Shown here: one piece after another, positions 50,939 through 62,659 of the stretch
How positions within the stretch are numbered: position 1 is the stretch's first letter
How the letters are laid out: each line of letters begins with the position of its first letter
Source of the DNA: Takakia lepidozioides
Taxonomy: Eukaryota > Plantae > Bryophyta
Assembly: GCA_030704615.1 (NCBI GenBank)
Contig: CM060732.1
Coordinates: forward strand, 40,052,001-40,116,000
DNA: 64,000 nt
Direction of reading: 5' to 3'
The notes under the pieces: generated by a model
Database searches by the model: none
The model's input: the letters and a program-made list of their open reading frames with translations, nothing else
What the model was told of the DNA's origin: nothing
Program-made: the position numbers and the translations under genes

Positions 50939-51823
50939 ATGTCGGACCTCGGAGATCTCTTCAAAGGCTTGTGGTTTTGTCTGCCAGTGGTTATCCTCCT
51001 TCTCATAAGGATACTCCGAATAATTATAGCGCAAAATTCGGCAGTTGATGAAACACAGCTGGTACGAGACCCTTCCAGTTCTTCCGGACTAACGAGGGCT
51101 GTTGTGGAATCACTTCCCACCTTCCAGTATATTTCGAAATCTACGAAGGATGCACTCGAGTGTGCTATCTGTTTGGAAGATTTTAAGGAGAACGAAGCGG
51201 GACGCTTGCTGCCCAAATGCGCCCACAGCTTCCATGTTGAATGTATTGACATGTGGTTTCATTCTCATTCAAATTGCCCTGTGTGTAGGACTAGCGTCCG
51301 GCCTGCCCTAGCATCCCAAAGGCATGGATTTGAGCAGGATCTAGAAACTACCCAGCGAGCTTCTGCTCAAAGGCTTAGCACATCTTCACGAAGTGGAGCT
51401 ACTCTTCAAGGTCTGGCCTCTCTGCACCCAAGCAGCTTAGTAACCAGCTCCACGCATGATCAATGTGCACTGCCCAATTTCGATCAAAGCCGAGCGGCTG
51501 CGGAGAGCATGGCGAAGGCAGAGGTGGTGTCCAGGACAGCAGCAACTCAGAAAGTACCAGGTACAGTTGGGCAGGAGTCGGATCGGATTTCAACAATCGA
51601 GCGATTTCACCAAATGTCCACCATGAGATATCCTTGGAACTTAGCCTCTCAACAGCCGGGCAGCGTGCAATACCCAGCAAATGTGCTTTTTTGGCTTCAG
51701 TGCCAGACATGTGCTCAATCAAGCTCTCCCCTGGGGACGAAGACAGAGCCTATGTCACCAATACTCCATGTTTCCATCGACATACCCCGGCAGTCTGACT
51801 TTCCTGGGTCCGCTGTGGAATGA
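50939..51823 (+). CDS. ATL-family RING-H2 E3 ubiquitin ligase, 294 aa
   Basis: N-terminal TM segment, GLD-like SGLTRAVVESLPTF, CAICLEDF...LLPKCAHSFHVECIDMWFHSHSNCPVC; intronless. Confidence 0.93.
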   Translation: MSDLGDLFKGLWFCLPVVILLLIRILRIIIAQNSAVDETQLVRDPSSSSGLTRAVVESLPTFQYISKSTKDALECAICLEDFKENEAGRLLPKCAHSFHVECIDMWFHSHSNCPVCRTSVRPALASQRHGFEQDLETTQRASAQRLSTSSRSGATLQGLASLHPSSLVTSSTHDQCALPNFDQSRAAAESMAKAEVVSRTAATQKVPGTVGQESDRISTIERFHQMSTMRYPWNLASQQPGSVQYPANVLFWLQCQTCAQSSSPLGTKTEPMSPILHVSIDIPRQSDFPGSAVE

Positions 51824-53706
51824 AGTCTCTCTGCTCCACTCCCACATCACCATGGGCTCGTCTGAAGGATTTGGGAAAAAGATTCCGACATCGGACGGAC
51901 GTCATCTCAGTGTTTCGTGTTGAACAGGGGTATCCTTCATTGGCGCCACCAACAAGCCATTTTGGAGATTCCTGTGTCGTACGTCCTGGCATCTCTGCAA
52001 TATAAGACACCCTGCGCAATGTAAGCACCTGATTTGCCGTTGAGCTAGTGAAGCTTGTCCTCAGGAATCCAAAGTATCTGAGCCAAGGGATTCAAACAAA
52101 TCCCGTATACGGTCCTCATTCCAAAAATTCATTCATGCCCAGTGTGTTTGGAGTTACGCATGCAATTATACATGAACCATGCACCCACCCACATTCAACA
52201 AGCCAACCCCTGTTCCTGGCTGGCTGCACAACGTAATTTTGTACATCCTTTAGTCTCCTAGGTAGTCCCTTCCTTGAAACCCATTAGACCAGCAGCTGCC
52301 TATACAACCAAGTAGCTCGCCTGAAGTGGGCTACAATTGTAGCCCAACTGTATGATATCCATGGAAGGAGAATTGCAATCAGGTCAGGATGATCATGTAT
52401 AACAGCAAGTCTGGACAAACATTCATGCGTTTTGTTGACAAAGCTCGCGTATTGCTGCATTCGGATGTGTTTTCTTTGAGCAATGTGTTGAAATTCATGA
52501 TTTTCTGACCTACATATTTCAAACTACATCCAGTCCAGTTGCCTGGTCAAGATCGCATGCTATAGAACCCTTGTGTGTGAGTACTTATAAGTATGTCTGG
52601 TCATGAACCCTAGCTACAAGAATTTTCATGGTGCTCACAAAGGAACACCAATCTGAACTGGAACACTAGCAGTACGTAGAACGATTGGTGACTCAAAGGA
52701 AAATCAAACCCGTGTGGCTAGTGCGACGCAAGCTTTGGTATGGCGAGCTGACTACAGTGGAATCATGCCCAGGCTACCCTATATAGCATGAAATTGAAAA
52801 CATGATGCCAAAAACATGATGAACATGGTGGAATCACAACACATCCATATGGATTGGACACCCTGTATGTGGCCACAAGCAACAAAGCCGAGGGGATTTT
52901 TCAGAGCATTGAAGCCTGCATAGCGCCTCACTTGAGCAAGAGCTGCTTCCTGCAAGTTACACATATTTTCGAGCGATACCAAATTTCCAAGCATATTGAC
53001 AGGGCCGCTCTCCTTACACCAGCATCGCACTAGGTATCTGCGCCACACCAGTATCCCATGAGACACTCCTGACCAGTATCTTTCTATTCATTGTATTCAT
53101 GACCGATAGATCTTTAGCTACATTTGACAGACATGGCTTAGACTTTCGAATGCTGTAAAAAGCCTTTTGGGACATCCATTTATGGGCTCTAGACATCCAC
53201 TAGTACATTGAGAATACTTGAGGTTGATGCATATCTGAAAAGAATATCCAGGTGTCATTGAAATGAATACTTGGGGCAGACAGACAACTATGTCCTGAAT
53301 TGCCCGTTCACTTGAGTAGCATATGTCTCGAACCCATGAGGTCTCTAGATAGACTCTCCTACACCACAAGGTTAGGCCATAGCAATCCAGAATTTTCATG
53401 TTACAACCACTGCGCTGCCGTTTTAGTATGTAGCTCTCCCAATCCGAGTCCGATCCTTATTTAGCTCACTTTTTCCTTTCAGCCTCTTTTGCCTTTCAGC
53501 AAAAGATGCTTAATTTAACAACGATGAATCCTTCAAATAGCACACACGCTAAGTTGTGGCCCCTATCCTCTACATCCCCCATTTGCCATGTGAGGTTGAG
53601 GTCTGTAGGTCTACACAAGTTTGTATGTAATTTCAACGATATATCAGCGGTGCGTGAGCGCAGGAGTTGTGTACGTGAGTCCAGCTCTTTTGAGGAGTTT
53701 TGTGCA

Positions 53707-54273
53707 ATGTCGTCGTTCCTGGGCCAAGTTGTAGAGCTGTCTGAGGTCATATCGGTGCTGGTTATCCTTCTCGCTGTTCTTTCTGTTTGCTGGGATTGCT
53801 TGTGGCCGCGGGAGCCGGAGGAAGAGATTGACTGGCCTATTGGGGAGTCTCCTTTTTATTCGGAATCTGTGTGGCTGGCAGCCTGGGAATCAGCCCAGGG
53901 TTCAGATACTGTCATGGGGCTGGAAAAGGCCTTTAAGGATTCACTTCCCAGTTTTCTTTACAATTGGAAAGCTCGCGAGGATAAAATAGAGGGCTGTGTT
54001 ATCTGTTTGGAAGATTATAAGGAGAACGACTTTCTACGTCTGCTGCCCAATTGCAACCATTTCTTCCATGGGAAGTGCATCGACATGTGGTTAAGTCCTA
54101 GTAATTCAACGTGCCCTATTTGTCGAACAAGTGTTATGCGACATGCAGACATAGCGATCCGTCTGGATAATGTTCATACAGGCTCTGTGGCTGAACGCAT
54201 TGAGGGAGAGGCCATGGTAAACGCACCATCGAGCCAAGAGCTGCAGGCAGAGACGCTCCAACACCCGAGATAA
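53707..54273 (+). CDS. Second ATL-family RING-H2 E3 ligase, 188 aa, C-terminally truncated tandem paralog
   Basis: TM segment, GLEKAFKDSLPSF, CVICLEDY...LLPNCNHFFHGKCIDMWLSPSNSTCPIC. Confidence 0.88.
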   Translation: MSSFLGQVVELSEVISVLVILLAVLSVCWDCLWPREPEEEIDWPIGESPFYSESVWLAAWESAQGSDTVMGLEKAFKDSLPSFLYNWKAREDKIEGCVICLEDYKENDFLRLLPNCNHFFHGKCIDMWLSPSNSTCPICRTSVMRHADIAIRLDNVHTGSVAERIEGEAMVNAPSSQELQAETLQHPR

Positions 54274-55342
54274 TTCTACAGCAAACGGTCCACTATGTAC
54301 AATCCTAGCGTGCATCCTCGAAGTTCACCGAGTATGCTTTTTCCAGCTCATTCATGTGCAAATATGTGCCCCATCAACCTCCTCCCAACGACAAGACGAG
54401 CCCAATTTACCATATCGTGAATAAAGCTTACATCCCCCTGGTCCCAGTACCTGGATGCATGTCTAGCTGCGATCTAGAACTCTATAAGCAGCGTATATAC
54501 TAGACCTCCAGAGCCTGCTGTGCCAGATGAGTGAAGGAAGAAGGGAAGTTGGTGGTCACCATAGACCTTTTGAAGACTCTACCTCTAGAACACCTTCACA
54601 TTCTAAGATTTTTTAACCTAATTTTTTAAATTTTAATTTTTAATTTTCTGAAGGAAAGGGGACCTAATTTGTGTCATCTGGGTGCTCAGATCATTGTTAC
54701 AAACTCCTGAGGTTACCCAATTCAGGATTTCATATGTTAATAGGTCCATCCATTGGGAGCCTTGCACTAAATTTACAATCAATTCACTTGAATCAAGAGT
54801 CCTGCTCTATCAAATTTAGACTGCTACAGTTGACATCACGGCCATATCATGTGCTTACAATCGAGTCTGCCATAATCTGTAATCTCTGAGCGATGCTTGC
54901 AACTTACAATGTTCTTGAAATTTCAGTCTAGAGCTCTCAGATTTATATATGTACAAATGTGATGCCAAGATCTTAGTTTGGGCGCTGTTTGGAAATTGGA
55001 GGGGCGTGTAAGTTAAGTACTAGTCTAAGTGCCAAAAACAATTTTACAAAAATGAAGTATAGCACGAGATGATTTTCCATGTGGCTCGTATCTTTAATAC
55101 TGCACAATGGACAATTGAAACTGTTGGGCAGGGACAAAAATGTAGTACTTGTATATAACTTCTCTGAAGTTTTGAACGTATGACAGGTCCGGGATACAAT
55201 ATACATTGAGCGTGGATATGATGGAGTAACTACCCAAGCAAAGAAAAGATGCCACATGTCTACCTAAGATAGAAGGATGTGACAAGAACACACTTAGATG
55301 ATGTGTGAGCTGCCATATGTGGACATGTTGGGATAGTATATA

Positions 55343-55750
55343 CTAGGGTAGCTTGTGCCGTTGGCCCATTTATGAAGAATTGACAAAAACACTCGATTTT
55401 GTACCTCGCTTCATATATCGTGACCAAGTCGGTGACCAAGTCGGTGCACCCCTCCTCATCGAGGGCTTTCCAACGGTACCAAGCACCATGGCTGGTCCCG
55501 AAGTTTGGGAGATCTCAAGGCTACAAAACAAAACTAACAAACAAACAAACTACCATGCTTCATATATTGAAAAAATCAGTTTATTTTTTTCCATGAATTT
55601 ATTGAGTAGTAATACATCCAATCATTGTTCCAGGAAAGCCCACTTTGCTAATTCCTAGCGACCATTAGTACTTGAAATTCCACATCTCCCACATAGCATG
55701 TCCAAAAATTATGAAACCAAGTCGGTGCACCCCTCCGCTTCATATATTGA
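55343..55750 (-). mobile_element. Non-autonomous Helitron-like element with a duplicated 5' end
   Basis: Minus strand starts A|TC (55750) and ends CTAG|T (55343); GCTTCATAT(A)T-type 5' motif recurs at ~55409, 55557, 55737; ACCAAGTCGGTG occurs three times; subterminal hairpin weak. Confidence 0.55.
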
Positions 55751-55785
55751 TATACCTCTCTATCTCAACACTACTCTCTATCAAA

Positions 55786-56040
55786 TGTTGAGAAGGTGTG
55801 TAGTGATCTAGTTGCATAGCAAGTTCAAGCGGAAGTCTCTCAGCGCATGTTGAGATAGATAGGTTGAGATTGAAATATTGACAAGATGAGGACTGATTAT
55901 AGGAAGATATAAGATGTATGGTAAGGCAATTGGCCGAACTGGACAGGTTTGAGTACTATGCATAGTGCGAGTTTGATATAATAGAGAGGACAAAAATTGA
56001 TAGGGAGAGAGAAGAGGATTGTAATATTGGGTATCAAAGC
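55786..56040 (+). mobile_element. Possible LTR remnant followed by a tRNA-iMet PBS
   Basis: TGTTGAGA start; ends TGTAATA followed by TGGGTATCAAAGC (PBS-like). Confidence 0.4.
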
Positions 56041-57744
56041 AATTCGAATTTGTGGATCATAGACCTAAGACAAGAAAGGGGGATGCTGAAGCATGAGCAT
56101 GTGAGCGTGAGCACGTGAGCGCAGCCACGCTCACGCCACATCAGCAGTTCTTGCCACCTAGGCAGCCGCGTCTGACTCCACGTCATCACACCCTGCCAGC
56201 TTGGTAGATGCCATGTCACGGCAGGTTGACGTCATTTCCATAGGCAGTGACCTATAACCGAGGGCCGAAAAGGTGGAAGGGGGCCCATAGCCGCGGAATT
56301 GCGCATTCGGCTCAAAGGGAACATATGTGGGCGATGTTGTTGAATGATTATGTTTGCAGAGACCGAATATACAATGGTTGTGGATGAATTAATGAGGATG
56401 ATAGATAGTGAATGTGGATGCCACGCTGCAAATGAGGATGGATGTGGATGAGTAGTTATGGATGAATGTGGATGAATGAGAGAGGATGAATGAGCAATGA
56501 GAGAATCCCTCATGAAGCACATGATAAGATTTAACCAATGTCTGCCATATGGGGAAAGGTCGACCTATGAAACCTATGTAGAATAAGACAACACAACAGA
56601 TGCCAGGCACATATTCCATTCTTTGATATTTTCCCACTGGTTACTGGAGCATTTTCCATGTGCAGCACGCTTCACTTTTGTTTTCCTCTTCAGTGTCGAC
56701 ACATAGTGAGCCATTTCAGTACCACACTGGAGGAACGCACCATATCTCCACACTGAAGTGGCTATGGACTGTCAATGTGACCTGGTCGCCTTGCTAGTGA
56801 GGTACAATGTGCTAATATCTGTCGATAGAGCACCAACATTTTCAAGCTTATTCATTAGTTGTAAGCATACCCATTAAAGTTGTGCATGAGGAGTTCGAGG
56901 TTCTTGTTTGACCCATAACCAATTGTAGGCATCAGTGTCGTGCCCTTCATCTAGCGTTGAAGCCAATAGTGCATACATAATGCAGCCATAAGGCTTGCAA
57001 CTAAAACATGTGCTCAAAATGACTAAGTGAAGACATAAATACAAAATGAAGTCATATTTGCAAATGCATACAAGCCTTGTACTTTAGGACATTGTTGTCG
57101 CTTGCCATTTGGCGCCTCCAAAATTCAGGTTCTCCTTGCCGACGACTAGATAGGCAAGATTGGATATATTATCTTATACCACTTTCAAAATTTTCAATCC
57201 GGGCAACTCAGTGCACAAGCTGTCAACTTCCGCAAAATGTGACTAGGGATAAGGAAGCTTTTGTCTACAGCACCCTTGGTTGTAAAAGAGAGCATTCAAC
57301 TACATTACCAGGAACACACATGCATATGCAGGCATTGTATTAGATAAATGTGTTGGAACACAAAAGGTCTGGCAGTTGCCATATGCCCCGAACCAAAACC
57401 GGACTACATTGACGCATGGTCTCAATCACTACAACTATCCCCCGAAATTGTGGCACTACCAGACACGAAAACCCGAGCTTCTAGTGCATTTTCTGCTTCC
57501 GAGCACACGAGGGAGATTTGTTCATCAACTGATGTCGAGCAATGGCCTCAACGTACTCTGGCAAGATGTACGAACGTGGAGGGCTGCACCAGAAGTCAGA
57601 CTGAAAAACACTGACGTTGAGCAAAGGGATAGCTTCCAATATCCTGAAAACCAACGTGAACGCAATGCATTAGCGAACATAGAAGAAAAGGGAATGGTGG
57701 GGGGTTCTGTTCGAGAACTAAGATTCATACACAATTTCAACTTA

Positions 57745-60708
57745 CTCACATGCGAAATCGTCATCCAGGTCTTTCTCATCCACTTCGGTGTTATCCACAT
57801 GCACTGTACCCTCCTATTCCTGGACGGCAGGGGCTGGCCCTTGCAAGCCTGCAATGATGTCATTGAAAATATCCGCATCCCCTTCCATACCAAACAAATG
57901 CTTGCCCCCCGCCTTGCAAGCATGGTACGAAGTTCCTGCAAGACGCTATACTGTTAGCAAGATATAACAATATCTGCAACAAGAAGAGAACAACAGAGAA
58001 TGATGGGGGTCTAACCTGTCCCAAGAGTGAGGTCCACGATGTGCGACCCCGGATGAGAGCATGTCTCTATAATTGTCTGAATAAAAGTTGGGCTCTTCTC
58101 CTTCGCCCCTCTCCATGGTGTGAAATTTGACTTTCTCAAGCACACATTAGAATTGACGTAGTTGTAGTGAATGTCGTCTACCACAAGATCAAACCTGTCG
58201 TTGATAAAAACAACCTCCCCCATGAAGCCTGAATTCCTTCACTGATGCAGGAGTGGAAGGCGGTTCGAATCCTGATGAGGCACATGACTTCAAAAAGGCG
58301 GGTCTGCTCAAAAAGACATCACGAATGACATAAGAAATGATGCAAAATCCCACAAAGATGACAGCGATTTCCCCCATCCGGAATTGAGTGCGTCAACGCA
58401 CTCAATTCCGGAGGGGCCGAATTGCACACAAATTGAAAAAGGAAAGGGAAGGAGGATTACCATTTGTCCCGGACAGTCGCCCTTTGTCAGGTACAGGCTG
58501 TTCACTCCATTCCACGTTTTGATGATCTTCATCCCCGAGGCCTGCAGATAGCTTGAAATCTCCCGACGACATTTTGTAGTGATGGACTGAATCATAACCA
58601 GAACCCCCCCATCCGACAGAAACAATTTGCAAAAAGAGAAGACCCACTGCCAGTACCTTTCGTCAAATGCATTCCAGGTTGGGCAAGTGCCAGTGGGGAG
58701 AATGTCTGGTACCGCCTGCCCGTCTGAAATGTCAACAATCACCATGTCTGCAGCACACGGTTTATGAGCACCATTCACCCAATCCCGCCCTGACGAAACC
58801 TGCAAACAGCGCCGACCAAACTTGAAAATCACATCGAAGATGGGAAATATGCAACAGTAAAGGTGGGAATTTTACAGCAGTGAAGATGAGAGATTTGCTT
58901 ACCGACTCAAGAAAAGCACTCATCTTAACCCACGTTGGAGAGGGATCCCCAGTGTAACCACCTTTCCTGGTCTCCATCATGGCAAGGAAGGAGTCGTTTA
59001 CAAGCTCGCATCTGCATTCTCGGTTGATTCGGGATGGGTGTTCCACTGCATCATATGGCTCAAACTTCCCCTTGCATTTGCGATCCTTGGTTGCAATTGG
59101 GGTTTGGGAACCAACACCTACTGCAGCATCCCCTTGGGCGCTCTTCTCCTTCCCTTTGTCCTTTGTGCCCTTTCCCTTCCCCTTCCCTCTCGCCCGAGTG
59201 TGTGTGGCTGCGGGTTCCTTCTCAGCGAGGTTTCGTAGGTTTCTGTCATGCAGTTCCCTGTCTGTTAGAGGAGCCAAGGACTCGGCATTGTCGTTCTGGT
59301 TCCGTGTCTGCAACTCATACCATGGGCAATCTGATTTTGGTATGTCAAGATACCAACACTAGCAGTCTTTGAGGTGATATGTACCGTAATCCCTGAGGAT
59401 TGCTGCAGTGTACATGGTGTGGCTATTGGAGGAGTCAGCCCACAAGTCAATGAAGCCTGGGTACTTGCTTAGGTTGTTCCCAGGAATCAGAACGTTCTTG
59501 ATATACCTACAAAATAATGCAGGCACAGTATCAGAAAGTGGATGAGAAACTACATGATTTGTGGCTAGAACTGATAACATGAAAAACCAGATAGGGAGCG
59601 GGTCTCCAAGAAACGAACCTGCATTCAATGAGACATAGGGAAAATGTACATAGTCGAGAGATCTAACCCTCCAAAATGTGTGCGTTGACGCACTCAATTG
59701 TGGAGGGCCATAAAGGAAGAAGGTGATCATGCTTAGTTCAAATGACCCACCTGTACAGGACCCTTTTCATGGCTCCCTCGGCTCCGAACTACCACTTGAA
59801 CTCTTTTTGTCCGGGATATGCCCCCCTCCTTGGCGAACTCTCTGAAGAAACAGTTACTCCACGCTGTCGCCTTCCACTGTCTCAAGTAATCCTTCATATT
59901 ATCTTCGGGCAAGGTCATCGTTATCTTGTAAGCATGTAGCTGCTTCTCCAGCACCTGGTTCGCACGAGTTTCAATCTATGAACAGACAGAATACAAACGT
60001 TAAAGTCCATACTAGGGAAGATTCTTTTGTAAATTCAATATATGGCAGTCCACAACATTACCTGGCTCTAGTACGTGGCTTTGTGAAGCCATGTATCGAA
60101 AACTTGATCGCTAAATGGCCTAATGTGGCCAGTATTTTCGTCTCTGTCCCCCCTTGGGAAGCAATACGTGTCCTTCACTGTTGAGTCAGAATTCCAAATC
60201 TCCAACCATTTAACTTTCTACTCGGAATCCACCACTGCAGTTGACAAACGATGCAGCTTTTCCTGTATCATCTTTGGCTTCGTATTGTTGTTCCAGTGGT
60301 TCCTCACCTCATTCAAGAATTGAGACCCAAAGGCAGGGTCTGCCATTCTCAGCTGTTTCACAAAGGCGCTCATGATCTTCTTCCGAGTCTCATTCATCTT
60401 TAACTTCATTGCTTCAGCCACTCCTTTCGATGTTCTTATCCCCACAGGGGTTTTGAAGTAGTACTCTATTTTGGCCCTCTCCCTAGCTTCCGCTATCTCT
60501 TGCTGCAAAAACCAATCCAAAATCAGATAGAAGAATAATTTGAATTATACTAGAATATGGAAGTGCTAGGTGATGATATACTAACCGTGTACATGTATTC
60601 CATGAATGCTCCCCTTGTCAGCTTGTACCATGTGTCCGAAGTTTTGGAGGTCTGACATTTCGCGAAGGTTTCTGAACTGAGGATGCTCTTGAATGTGCTG
60701 AGGGGCAT
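57745..60708 (-). pseudogene. Multi-exon gene ending in a beta-class amino-DNA methyltransferase (N6_N4_Mtase-like) domain; decayed and 5'-truncated
   Basis: Exon 58799-58461: ADMVIVDISD...FCKLFLSDGGVLVM. Exon ending 58016: PWRGAKEKSPTFIQTIIETCSHPGSHIVDLTLGT, spliced to exon starting 57935: GTSYHACKAGGKHLFGMEGD. Upstream exons with GT-AG borders; several stops and frameshifts. Confidence 0.8.
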
Positions 60709-61387
60709 TTGGTTCCTCACCTCATTCAAGAATTAAGGCCCAAAGGCAGGGTCGAGCTTGCGACCTCTCATTCTCTCTCTCGCCCTCTTCCTCTCTCGCG
60801 TTGAGGTGAAAAAAAAAGACTGCCTTCTACGTCTGCCACTCTTTCGGTGGGAACTGAGTCTCCTACTAGTCTCCAGCTTGAAAATGAGGGTCTGCTGGGC
60901 CCAAAAACGTTGTGCGAGGGGATGCAGGCAGGGCAACGCTCACGACGGTTATGCATGGGTTCACCTCACACGTGTCCACGTAGCACAGAAACATTTGTGC
61001 ATTTGGCACTGGACGCCGTCACCTCTTGTGTCCGTATGGCCATACCCTGGATTCGATGTCCATACATGTGCAAGTTGATTTTCGCATTCCGGCGGTTCAT
61101 AACTTCTCATTGGTTCTACACCCATTCTGGCAGCCGTGCTATGAATGCAATGTCTGGGCCCACGTGCCTGGAAACATTACATATCCCAGATTTTCCGGCT
61201 TAGCCGTCTTTTGCACTGGGTGTGGGCAGGCACATAATTGTTTCACATCTGTTTTAGCAACTGTTTACACAACTGTTCTTCGAGGACCCTTTAACTGTTT
61301 GTCGTGTATTGATGAAAGATATCCACGGGAGTCGTGGGCCTCTCCACTTTCAAGCTCCGTCTACCTCGGAATTAGTCGTCTTCCACC

Positions 61388-62200
61388 ATGGGTTCGGCTG
61401 AAGCGGAGTTTTACTCTATGGAGAAGCCTATCCCTTTCTCGAAGGATGCTGATTCCAATGGTTACGCAATTGCGCAGGAGCATCTCCTGGCAACGCGTTT
61501 CGAGTACCAGATTGGCACTGTTTTCCTCGAAAAAGAGGTCTACGATGTGCATGGGAAGTTGATCAAGTACTCATTTCAGAAACCGGATGATAATTCTCTT
61601 GTGAGTCAGTGGAGAGTGCCTCCAGGAAGATACAGGGTTGTCGGAGCTCCTCAGCGGCAGTCCAGTGGTTCGTATGTCTCCCCGGGAACAGCTGGTTCTG
61701 TTGCTCAAGAGAAAAGGAATATCGTCGTGAAGACGAAGACCACTACTTCCACCCCAATAGTTGAGCTCTCAGACTCCTCCTCCGAGGACATTCCTAACAT
61801 CCCAATTTATGTGCAAACACTGCCTGTCGTCAAACCGGAAGTGACACACCTCATCAGTGTCATCCCTAAACTGAAGTCAATGGGAGGAATGCCCGGTTTC
61901 CAGAGTGAATTGCGGGGGATTGACTGGGAGACAGTCCCTATTGAGTGTGTGGAGTTCCTGCCGAATGCTTATGATGGGGATGTCGTCTTCGAGCTACCTC
62001 CACCTGGGCAAGATGGACCCGTCACTAGCCTCATGCAGGGAATGGACAAGAGAGGAGATGGACACCCGTGGTGCAGAACGAAGACATCCAATATTCAAAA
62101 TCATGACAACCTCGTCTTCCGGAGAAGCCTGTGCAATGGGCACCTCATGTGCGAGAATTTGAATTGTAGGCATTTCCAACGGTTCAAGGTTCACAACTAG
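61388..62200 (+). CDS. Transposon ORF with a GCM-like zinc-binding DNA-binding region, 270 aa, probably 3'-truncated
   Basis: FLPNAYDGDVVFELPP...MDKRGDGHPWCRTKTSNIQNH..LVFRRSLCNGHLMCENLNC resembles the W..R.TN.H....SC.G...C pattern of GCM domains; stops abruptly mid-domain. Confidence 0.55.
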   Translation: MGSAEAEFYSMEKPIPFSKDADSNGYAIAQEHLLATRFEYQIGTVFLEKEVYDVHGKLIKYSFQKPDDNSLVSQWRVPPGRYRVVGAPQRQSSGSYVSPGTAGSVAQEKRNIVVKTKTTTSTPIVELSDSSSEDIPNIPIYVQTLPVVKPEVTHLISVIPKLKSMGGMPGFQSELRGIDWETVPIECVEFLPNAYDGDVVFELPPPGQDGPVTSLMQGMDKRGDGHPWCRTKTSNIQNHDNLVFRRSLCNGHLMCENLNCRHFQRFKVHN

Positions 62201-62400
62201 TGCGAGTAGGAGGGGGGGAATGCTAGAGTGTGAGCCTAGCCACGCGAGCCCAGGAGCCTGTGAGCCCAAGAGCCTGATGTGAGCCCAGTCCACGTGGCAC
62301 GAGAATGAGGGAAGATGCAGGGTGTATTTCCGCGTATGAGCACCCATTACCACGGAAACATGGCAAACACGACAAATCGGCAAATACAGCAAACACGACA

Positions 62401-62590
62401 AACCCTAATCCTAACCCTTAGCGAACTGCCATGTTCGTGAAGGGAAACAGGCTGGGAATTAAGGTGACGTCATTACAGCGGAAACACGGCAAACCGGGGA
62501 AACACTGCAAATCGTAACCCCAAACCCTAACCCTAACCCTTAGCGAACTGCCATGTTCGCGGAGGGAAACATGGCTGGGAATTAAGGGGG
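62401..62590. repeat. ~120-bp-period direct repeat with CCCTAA motifs and a GCGAAC-N6-GTTCG hairpin
   Basis: AACCCTAA.CCTAACCCTTAGCGAACTGCCATGTTCG..GGGAAACA at 62401 and 62523. Confidence 0.85.
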
Positions 62591-62659
62591 TGTAAAGCCC
62601 ATGAGAATTCAAAAAAATAAAAATAAAAATAAAAATATTTATTTATTTCCCGGCATTTG

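Noticed and set aside
52779-53399. Short minus-strand ORFs between the ATL genes
   Set aside because: No recognisable protein similarity
57745-58799. Bacterial contamination as the source of the methyltransferase
   Set aside because: The gene has GT-AG introns and is contiguous with plant genes and plant TEs
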